Positions 53,171 through 64,000 of a stretch of DNA of 64,000 bases are shown here, piece by piece (within the stretch, counting starts at the first letter, position 1; each line of letters opens with the position of its first letter). Below the pieces are notes generated by a model. That model saw nothing but the letters and a program-made list of their open reading frames with translations. It was not told the DNA's origin and ran no database searches. The stretch spans positions 86,738,001 to 86,802,000 of the forward strand of contig OX597825.1 in NCBI GenBank assembly GCA_951406725.2, written 5' to 3'. The translations under genes and the position numbers were made by a program. Source of the DNA: Octopus vulgaris (taxonomy: Eukaryota).

Positions 53171-53797
53171 AGCAAATCTTTATTCAGGTAGGCAGAGAGG
53201 AGTTCATAAATTTTTCCAAGATATAGATTTAATATTTTTCTCCCAGTGTAGGATTTAGTTCAAGGAATGACAAGCCATATGTCATAAAATTGTTTAGTTT
53301 TGTTCTTCAAATCCTAGATGAAGACAATAGTGTTCGGCCGAGGTGTACTTATAGAGGTTTACTAAAAGTGTACCTTTAGAGGTGTCCTTGAATCGGTTTT
53401 TTTATAGAGTTGTTCTAAAATAAATCTATCAGACACTATATTCCTTACCTGCCAGAGTTTCAATAACAATCGTTCAGTTTTTAATGACCGTATATTAATT
53501 AGTCATATTGTGTTTTATTTTGTAAGATTTTAAAATTTAAGATAACTAATCCAAGTCCTTAAAAACTGATTTAAAACAGTTTTAAAGCCAACCCAAAAGG
53601 CAATCTTTCTCTGAAAAAGATAAAAAAAGGAAAGCAATAAAAATTTCACCGAATATTTGTCAAAGCTCTACGTATCAATTTATCTAGGGTAATTCATTCC
53701 TCACATTATTTCGTACAGCATAATTTTTCGTTTACCATGTTTGGTTCTTAATTCTTGGAAGTATATTTCATGTAAACTTATTAAGTTCAAATCCTCA

Positions 53798-53955
<158 letters not shown>

Positions 53956-54244
53956 AATGCATTTATTTACTAACTGAGGAATCATAACAAAAAAACAAGA
54001 AGCGTCTACGACACATATTTCCAAAATACAAGTCTTTGAATTTTGCTAAAGTATGATTCTGAGCAACAGTTTTTCTCTGTTACCTTTCAAGGATTTATTG
54101 CAGTATATAAACACCGACAGCTAACACATATACACATACATACATACATACATACATACATACACATACATACATACACACATACATACATACATACACA
54201 TGTAAATATATTTATGAAAATATATCGGAATATGTTTGTGTGCT

Positions 54245-54296
<52 letters not shown>

Positions 54297-54521
54297 CATA
54301 CACACATATATGTATGGATGTGTGATTAATAATGTTTTCGCATTGCTCGAAGACCTTACATGAGAGAGAAACAAACGTAGGCACCGTCCCACCTTTTTAC
54401 AGACATTCATCATTTGCAGCCGTTCATCAATGGTGATTTCCTTACTTTATGGCTGACATTGCTCTTTCAATGCAACAAAACAACTATATCAACACATACA
54501 TCATATACATGCATATATATG

Positions 54522-54585
<64 letters not shown>

Positions 54586-54843
54586 TAAATATATATATAT
54601 ATATTTTCATGCACACAAGCGCCCACATGTGTAAGTTTGTATATACGTAGATAGATAGTGTGTAAAAATGAATAACGTGTAATCAAACGCACACATGCAC
54701 ACACAGATACAAACGCATACACACACAAACACACACAAACACACATATAGGCGGGGCGTAAATGTGTAAACATATATATATTCACACATGCACACATACG
54801 CATGTATATGTAAGTACGTTATGTGTATGCGTGCATATAAACG

Positions 54844-54906
<63 letters not shown>

Positions 54907-54910
<4 letters not shown>

Positions 54911-55200
54911 GGAGAATTCACGAAAAAAAACAAATGACGAAGACAGATGGTGTGGAAATCAAACAGATGTATTAGTATAACGCTCGGAAATTGAAAAAGT
55001 CTTAAACGTTTCGAGCCTACGTTCTTCCACAGAAAGGAACACAGAAGAAAGAAGCAGAGAAACAAGGAGAGAGAAAAAATGTGTGTAGTAGCTACCGATC
55101 TATCATGGCGAATGCCGGATAGAAGGGTCATACAGGAGAGCGAAGAAGTAGGGGAGATAACAAAGTACTAGTGGTTCCAAAACGAAGGTGCGCGCGTGTG
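54907..55200 (-). mobile_element. (TA)n-anchored short repeat with hammerhead-like motif
   Basis: Homologous in inverted orientation to 56495-56669; motif at 55001-55036 on the minus strand. Confidence 0.7.
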
Positions 55201-55225
55201 TAAGAGAGTACATGCATATATATAT

Positions 55226-55297
55226 ACAGGAAGTTGGATAATTTTGGGATATTATTTATTCATCACAAATAATACCAACAATTTTCCAACTTCCTGT
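55226..55297. other. 72-nt imperfect hairpin
   Basis: ACAGGAAGTTGGATAATTTTGGGATATTATTT ... AAATAATACCAACAATTTTCCAACTTCCTGT. Confidence 0.7.
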
Positions 55298-55865
55298 TTT
55301 GTTATATATATATATATTTATATATAAAAAAACAGCTTAGAGAAGAAGAAGAAACGAAACGAAACCAAACGAATCGAATCGAATCGACGCGAAGGCGCTC
55401 AGTCATACAATAGTGTAATAAATAAAATATATGCATAGATACAAACATATATGTACGTACCTACATCTACATGTATATATACATGCATATATAAATATAT
55501 ATACGTATGTACAGGACACCACAAATAGACGTAGAACTCAACGAGAAACGAAAACGTAAAAACAGCATGGAACGGACCATTTTTTTAACAACGATTACAA
55601 GACAACTACACAAGGAAAAATCCCCTTCATCAGCTGTCCCTAGTTCAACTCCAGCGTGTTTCGAAGGTGAGGACAGAACACGTCTCGTCGAAATAGTCCT
55701 TCCTGCGAAAGAATACATACATACATACATACATACGTCAGAAGAAAACAAATATGTCTATACATATATATACATATATGTGTATAGACATATGCACACA
55801 TATACATGATTGTATATACGGATAGGCATAAATAAATTATAAGCACATACACACACACATATATA

Positions 55866-56490
55866 GGCGCAAGCGTGGTTGTGGGGTACGAAGCTTGCTT
55901 TTATCTAGTGCCTTCTATCGGAGGGCCTGAGTGACACTTCGTGCCGGGTCGGGTGCCGGCGGGGGCAGAAAATTGTGAAAGTAAGAGGATGAGTGCCTCA
56001 TATTGTAAGGGCATATGGCCCAGAAGAAAAAATTGTAAGAGGTCAAGTGCCTCATTTCAAGGACATGGTGTCATTTGAGGTAAGGGGTTTAGTGTCTCAG
56101 TGTAAGGACCTTGAGTCCTAAAGAAATATTGGTAAGAGGTTTCTTGCCCCAAATTGTAAGTTCACGAAAGAACAATGTTTTAGAGAAGCAAAGATCGGCG
56201 GCGGGCGTCGTTTGTCTTCTCTCATTAATACCATCCGGTTCATCATTCATCTCATCTCATTAATGTCTCTGTCCAGCCCGTAGCTTCTCCATCTGTGTAC
56301 AGCTTTCATAGCCAATTTAATGAAATAAAGAAGCTTGCTTCCCAACCACATGGTTCCGGGTTCAGTCCCACTATGTGACACCCTGGGCAAGTGTCTTCCT
56401 TAGCACTGCAACGCCCAAAGCCTTGTGACTGGGTCTGGTAGACGGAAATTGAAAGAAGCCCATCGTATACACACACACACACACACACAC
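55866..56490 (+). mobile_element. SINE family C interrupted by a 429-bp insertion
   Basis: Head 55866-55900 resumes at 56331 (AAGCTTGCTTCCCAACCACATGGTTCCGGGTTCAGTCCC). Confidence 0.8.
55901..56329 (+). mobile_element. Unclassified retroposed insertion with hairpin array
   Basis: 11-bp TSD GAAGCTTGCTT (55890-55900 and 56330-56340); ends in AATAAA. Confidence 0.75.
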
Positions 56491-56494
56491 ACAC

Positions 56495-56666
56495 CGCTAG
56501 CCATTACACGTTCCTTATTTTCTCTCCTATTTCTTTCAGTGTTCCCTTCTGTGGAAGAACGTAGGCACGAAACGTTAAAGACTTTTTCGCTTCCCGAGCG
56601 TTAAACTAATACATCTGTTTATTGTCTACACCACCTGTCTTCGTCTTTTGTATTTTTGAATTATCC

Positions 56667-56669
<3 letters not shown>
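56495..56669 (+). mobile_element. (TA)n-anchored short repeat with hammerhead-like motif (second copy)
   Basis: CCTT CTGTGGAA GAACGTAGGCAC GAAA CGTT AAAG at 56545-56580. Confidence 0.7.
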
Positions 56670-56736
<67 letters not shown>

Positions 56737-57083
56737 TCCGATCTCCAGACAAATGTAGAATACATCGACGAGGTCAAACGTATTAAAACATTTATCCAGA
56801 GTTGTTCATTGTGTGCAATCTGAAATTTGACTGTCCTTTCCTTAGTATAGAAGTTAGCTGGAATATTTATTCTAAAATTCTTGAAATTATCTCCTTTTTT
56901 ACTTGAGATTCTGTTAGATGTTTATTTTGCCTCTGCAAATCATTCGAAAATTTCTGGAAATTACGAATTTGTTGTGTACGGATTTCCATACGGCACCACT
57001 AAACTTCATTACCAAAATTTCATGCATTGATTCCTTTAAGTTATTTCTCTTTGTTTTTCCTTCATTACACACACACACGCTCG

Positions 57084-57141
<58 letters not shown>

Positions 57142-58687
57142 CACATAAATACACATATACATACATATATATGTAATATATATATATATATATATATATA
57201 TGTATTCGAACACATATATGTATATATATATATATTTATATATATATATATACATACATGTATATATACGGACATACGTCTATAGACAAATAAGAGCATC
57301 TGCGAGTCCATTAGTCTTAGACAGAAACAAACAACCAATTTGCTTTTATAGAATGACTGTATTTACCGTATCAATTGTTTCATTAGTTTTTGAAATAAAC
57401 ATCTTTATAAATTTATCCAGATGAATATCATTGAACTTTATCCTTCGATAACTAAATATTTGCTCCAAAACACATTAGTTTTCGACAAGAAATATTTCAA
57501 TTATTGATTCTGATATAAAAATATTCATGCGTGCAAGCCGATTATTACTTCCTTTCGATACCGATCAATAAGTAAAGAAGAATGATACGAATTGTTTTTA
57601 TGTAGTGAAGGGGAGTCCGGTCTGTGCGGAGATCTATGAATTTATCGAGTCTCATATGTTTATCGCAAAATATGTTTATTAATTTACATTGTAGCAAGGG
57701 GTTCATTTATATCCGGAATATGAATACCCAACAGATAGAGCCTGAAAAGGTTTCTTTGTTATTGAAAGACATAAACATTACTGTTGATTCAAAATTATTT
57801 AGTGTTAAATTTTAGACATTATCTTAGGTAAACATTATGATCAGGGTATCCATGGTTGTTGTCTTTGTATTAAAGAAAAATGAATAGGTTTCCCTAGGGA
57901 TTGTACTGGAAACACCGTTTAGACTAATATCTTGTTTCACCATAAATGCAAATATTAGTTGAAATATCTGAAAATGACTAACGGTGAAACGCCAGACAGC
58001 TTTGACCCAAACTTTTACTCACTGAAAACAAATTTAAAATTGCCTTTTGCAAATCTGTATCTAATATTCAAAGCGTTTGTTGTCATAAATCGGAAGTTTT
58101 CGTTGAAATCTTTCAAAATACGCAGCAGGTGAAATGTTGGCAGCCATGTTCATTATTGCTACAACTAAATCGAAAACTTCCCTATTGTTAACGGACATAT
58201 TCGATGGTCTTCATTTCATATATAAACATAAAATCGTTTGATTTAATTTCATTTGCTGCTTAGGAGTTGGCAAAACATAAAACTTTACAGACACAGTTGG
58301 TAAAGTTTCTGCTTAACATAAATTTTATTGTATTATTGAATATCAATGTAATGAGTTCGTTTCATCTTCACCGTTTTACCATGGTGTATATAAACACATA
58401 CACAAATACACACACACACACGTGTGTGTGTATGTGTTTGTACACGACATTGAAAACGAAGAGAAGGAAAAAGAAGAAATAAAAGAAAAACGGTAAAGAT
58501 GAAAAAGAATTTATAAATTTTGTTTTTCATCTTTATCTCTTTACAATGTTACATATATATGCGTGTGTGTGTGTGTTTATGTGTAGGTATATATGAATAT
58601 GTATATGCATGTGTATGTATGTTGGTATGTATGTAGGTATGTACACACACACATATATATGTATATATATATGTTTATATATATATG

Positions 58688-58821
<134 letters not shown>

Positions 58822-59243
58822 CTTTTCTATCAGTATCGTTTTACAATGTACACATACTGACACAAATAATACAAACCGACAAAACAGTTGCCGGTTCCAA
58901 CAGCATTTTTGCGTCTTTTCCACGAGAAGTTAGGAAGCATTAGAAAAACACTATAAATTATTCTTCTCTACATCTGTTTATGTCTTTGGAGTGGATTGAA
59001 GCAATTGAAAATATTATTGTGGGATGAATTATTTAGTCACGTTGGATCTCATCGATTAATCTTGGAAGAAGATCTGTCTTTGTGGGTTTGATTTGTTGCG
59101 GTGTTGAATATTCTCAGTTGGTAAAAAAAAGAAGGAATCGTGGCATTGGAAACCTGCTTTGGATGTTTGCAACAGAATAAACTCTGTTAAAGGTAACCAA
59201 AGAGGAGAGGGTAAAATAGATATTTACTAACCAACGTATACAT

Positions 59244-59283
<40 letters not shown>

Positions 59284-59449
59284 ACACACATGCACACACA
59301 CACACACGCACACGAATATATACATGTATATATACACACATGCATGCATATATATATTCATATATATTATATATATTTACACAAACATAACATACACACA
59401 CATATACATACATGCATACATGCATACATACACACACATATTTATCTAG

Positions 59450-59640
59450 AATCACTGCTCGATATTGCAGAGTTCAAAGGCATTCAGTTTTTTAACATCT
59501 TGCCTAAAATTTCCTAATGGATTGGATGTAAGCTTTTTAAAAGAATCCCTGGATAACTTTAATTTGATGTGGAATCTCACCTCAGCAACAAATAAAGAAG
59601 GAATCAAAGCAATGCTATCGACTCCTCAACGTTTCAAGGA
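59450..59640 (+). pseudogene. CR1-like LINE ORF2 C-terminal relic
   Basis: FKGIQFFNILPK...GLDVSFLKESLDNF resembles the CR1 ..FN.LP....FK..LD terminus. Confidence 0.5.
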
Positions 59641-60477
59641 CCACATAAGGAAGACTGGGAAAATGGAAGTGGCCTTAATGGAAGAACCCCAGCATGGAGC
59701 ACTTCCATTATTTGCTTGGATAGAATATCTTGAAGTAATCTTTATGGATACAAAGGAAACCTCTAAACCTTCTCAGTTCTACTCCACCAGTGTCAGATGT
59801 ATCGCCCCCGTATTTCTTCTTCCTCGTACGTATGTGATGTAGAAAATACGGGTTCACTTTATATTATTGTCCGAATTTACCGAGGCTGATGTTGACCAGC
59901 TTCTTGAATTTTTAAATAAAAGCTACAATAAATGAAAGATTCGTTTCTGATTATCTCATGTTCCTTGTAGAGAGATATTTTCATTGCGGCAGACGAAGCC
60001 TGACCTCTTTATTTAGTTGAAGCTCTTTTATCATGTATTCAAAAATCTAACCTCTACATCTAGTCTATGCTCTTTTAATATATCTTCAAAATTTTGAACT
60101 CTAACATAGTTTATGACTCTTTATGTTTTAGAAATTTAACCGCTTCACGTGGGTTATGTCCCTTTTTTGTATATTCCAAAGCCTTTTCAAGTGGATTATG
60201 CTCCGTCATCATGTTTTCCCAAACATCCAACTTCTTCACTTAGTTTATGTCTCGTTTTGTGTCTTCCAAAATCTATCCGTGGCAGCCATCGCAGTCTTCT
60301 GTTTGCATAAGAAATTCTTCGAAATATGCTTGTATTTATCTTCGATTTCTTCATATAACTTTTACAACAGCACTTCCCAATCCATGAGCCTCAATATAAT
60401 TCTGGAAGGTTCCTTAAGTGAAATATTAGATAAACTTTTAAAGTACTCATGAATATGTTAGACAAAATAAATCATAG

Positions 60478-60714
60478 AGAGGCGGCGAGCTGGCAGAACC
60501 GTTCGCACGCCGGACGAAATGCATAGCCGTATTTCGCCTGCTGTTACGTTCTGAGTTCAAATTCCGCCGAGGTCGACTTTGCTTTTCATCCTTTCGGGGT
60601 CGATAAATTAAGTACCAGTTACGCACTGGGGTCGATGTAATCGACTCAGTCCGTTTATCTGTCCTTGTTTGTCCCCTCTGTGTTTAGCCCCTTGAGGGTA
60701 GTAAAGAAATATAT
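60478..60714 (+). mobile_element. SINE family A, young full-length copy
   Basis: Full consensus; perfect 16-bp TSD ACAAAATAAATCATAG at 60462-60477 and 60715-60730. Confidence 0.95.
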
Positions 60715-61092
60715 ACAAAATAAATCATAGGAGACACAAAAGCCACACCAAACAATTTTCTGTCAACAGAAACTTAAAAATAATTCCAGAAGGAAAGTAA
60801 AAAATGAACATTTCATTAAATGTTTGGAAAATTCGTTTTATGTTAATATTAACCACAGGCTTCAAAATGTTAATAAATTAAGAGCTAGGTTGCAATAGTT
60901 AAAAGTCTGGTGGCTACTGTTACTAGAAATATATTCCCGCCTTACAGTTGTCACGTGACTGTTCCACCACTGCCTTCTTGACGGCCATTAAGGCAGCGCC
61001 GTGTCAAACCTTACAACAAGCAACATCTATTTCTGTGTCACATTTAGGCAGCACTTGTAACTAAAAAAAATCAACCACAACAGCATTACGCT

Positions 61093-61141
<49 letters not shown>

Positions 61142-61554
61142 GTTGTTGTTGTTGTTGTTGTTATTCCATCAGGTTGTAAATATTTTGATGTCATTATTGT
61201 TCATGATGTCCATATTCTTCTCACCAGGTGTTATTGTTGTAGTTGCCGTTAATAATGGCCATATTACTGCTGTTTGGATAATTATGCTCAGTGTTCTGTC
61301 TGTTTACTTCCCTCCCCCGCCTCTTGTACAGAAATGGCGAGCAGATACCACCATTATGTGCAACATTTCTCACTAATACAACAACAGCCATCTTGATAAT
61401 ATATGCTTCCTTTCACACCACAAACAGATAAATAAACAAAATTTTTCTCTTAAATGAGGAAGCTATTTAGCAATTCAGCTCCGCTTCTTTCTCCTTGAGA
61501 TCTTAGCAGTAAATGAACACAACACAATATGGCTTAGAGTACAAAAAATAAAAT

Positions 61555-61678
<124 letters not shown>

Positions 61679-61849
61679 AATAAATCTAAATAGGAGCGGT
61701 TATATATATATAAATCTATCTATATATAATATATTATATATAAATATATATATGTTATATATGTATGTATATAGATATGTATTAATGTGTCTATCTATTT
61801 ATCTACCTATACATAAATACATATATATATATGTGTATATTTGAGTATT

Positions 61850-61892
<43 letters not shown>

Positions 61893-61904
61893 GTATATAG
61901 GTTC

Positions 61905-61966
<62 letters not shown>

Positions 61967-62609
61967 GTGTGTATTTATGAGAGTAATCAGCGTACAAACA
62001 AGATGATTGACATAATTTTCGATAACAATATGACAAGAGAGAACTAAGAACCTTAGGAATTGACTTAAATATTGAAATACAAATATTCTTGGATGTCGAA
62101 ACGCGTTCATCATTTCCTACATAATTGGAACAATTACAATAACATAGAATTGTCTCTGTAAATGTATCGCGTGGTTTGTTATCATTGGAACCACCGGAGT
62201 TTTTCTTACCAAAGTGTTTACATGTTATTACAACATTTTCTTTGAAAACACGCTGAATATTTATACGAATGTCTTCGAATGTATGCCTAATTCTTTGTTG
62301 TATAATCATAGATGGTAACGGTAACAACAAGAACAACAACATTATTATTATTATTAGTAGTAGTAGTAGTAATAATAATAATAATAATAATAATTTTTAA
62401 GATGGCTGCAATGACAAATCAAGCAGAAATAAGAACAGTAATGTCAATCACGACATTTAATCAACAGTCAGACCACAAAAAAGATACACAAGTTGATCTT
62501 ATAAAAGCATTTGATTCAGTCTTTAGTCATTTTGCTATTCTGTCTTTTTCTTCTAAATTAATGAAGATGTCAAACTTTACCAAACACCTTAATGCGTAAG
62601 GAATCGATA

Positions 62610-62762
62610 TAGTCAATTATATCGATCCTCGATAGATCGTTACTTTTAACGACCACGGACAGATAGAAAGCAAATTTGCGACCGGCAGGTTTTGAACTCA
62701 GAACGTATTAAAATATAACTCAAGCTGTAAGGCATTTAGCTCAGTAACTTACCATTTCTGAC
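62610..62762 (-). mobile_element. Old SINE family A relic
   Basis: GAAAGCAAATTTG...TTTGAACTCAGAACGTA. Confidence 0.55.
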
Positions 62763-62812
62763 ATTTCATAGAAACATTTCACAGCCTTTTATTATTATCA
62801 TTATTATTATTA

Positions 62813-63010
62813 ATCGTTAGTAAACCGGGCGAAATGCTGAGCGGTATTTCATCTACCGCTACGTTCTGAGTTCAAATTCCGCCGAGGTCGACTTTGCCTT
62901 TCAGCCTTTCGGGATCAATAAAACAAGTACCAGTTATACACTGAGGTCGATGTAATCGACTCATACCCTTCCTCAAAATGGCTGTCTTTGTGGCAAAATT
63001 TGAGACCATT
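62813..63010 (+). mobile_element. SINE family A
   Basis: CCGGGCGAAATGC...GAGTTCAAATTCCGCCGAGGTCGACTTTGCC. Confidence 0.85.
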
Positions 63011-63019
63011 ATTATTATG

Positions 63020-63390
63020 TTTTATCTTTTACTTTTTTCAGTCATTAGACTGCGGTCATGCTAGGACACCACATTAAAGAACTATCGTCGAACTAATCGA
63101 CCCTAGTGTTTTTTTATTGGTCTCTTTTGCCAAACCGCTAAGTTACGGGAACGTAAATATACCAACACCGGTTGTCAAGCGGTGTTGGGGGACAAACGCG
63201 AAGATACACAAATATAGCTACATATATACGACAGGTTTCTTTCAGTTTCCGTCGACCAAATCCACTCACAAGTCTTTGGTCGGCCCGAAGCTAGAATAGA
63301 AAATACTTGGCCAAGTTGCCACGTAGTGGAACTGAACCCGGAAGAATGTAGTTGGGAAGCAAGCGTTTTACCACGCAGCCTCGCCTGCGA
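63020..63390 (-). mobile_element. SINE family C
   Basis: Colinear with 25795-26222. Confidence 0.85.
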
Positions 63391-64000
63391 TTATGAAAAC
63401 AAAAAACTGACACCAATTCCAGACAATTTTATCAGAATAATGAAACAACTGACCACATTATTTTCTGTTGTCTGGTCTTTGTCAAATATCTTCAGACACG
63501 ATCAGTTCGGCAACTACGTTCACTATCAAGACGACATTTCTACAGGAACAGAGTAAAGCTGTGGTATAAAGATGTACCAAGGGCGGTACACAAATAGGAT
63601 TCGGACCCAGACATCCTGGACATGGTCAAACTGAAAAGAAAATCAAAGCAAACCATTCAGATTAATGCTTGATAGACGTTCTAATATTTTCTGATTAAAA
63701 CATCAACTACACACCAGAACTGTAACGCAAACAACAGCAAAGCGTCAACCACGCAACATCATTAAAACACAAACCAACCATCGACATAACATCGACCACA
63801 CAACAACCACTGTACATATTCTGCACAACATTCACAACAGAAGAAATCTTAAAAATAGCAACAGAAACAACAAAACAAGCTCCACAACGAAGGGAAAGCC
63901 GATGTGATATACAAACACAGTTGTTCCCCGCCACATGATAAATGCTGTACAGAAGTGAGGGGGGTGGAAGTGCAGCATCTGGTGGGGAAGGAGAAATTCA

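Noticed and set aside
55600-55690. Minus-strand GAAAC...CTGATGA as a permuted hammerhead
   Set aside because: Stems I and III cannot be formed convincingly
55901-55930. Hairpin plus CTAG on the minus strand as a Helitron 3' end
   Set aside because: The 11-bp TSD and the hairpin spacing are inconsistent with Helitrons

Overview
Eukaryotic, AT-rich, microsatellite-saturated non-coding DNA. The SINE types and repeat density point to a coleoid cephalopod, probably Octopus (inference). I find no convincing intact protein-coding gene: nearly all long ORFs are translated microsatellites. The window holds at least four tRNA-derived SINE families, two Tc1/mariner-type MITEs, and decayed retroelements: Penelope-like (PLE) RT/GIY-YIG, Ty3/gypsy protease+integrase+LTR, L1/Tx1 RT, R4/Dong-type endonuclease and CR1-like pieces. 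There is also a probable piggyBac relic. The most notable feature is at 48.5-50.55 kb: a non-coding, near-identical 508-bp unit present as about 1.1 inverted plus 2.9 tandem copies inside (TA)n. Each unit carries an intact type-I hammerhead ribozyme, so this looks like a retrozyme that would release a 508-nt, possibly circular, RNA. Several other intact, variant or decayed hammerhead motifs lie in short (TA)n-anchored elements, and decayed PLEs, their likely mobilisers, are nearby.
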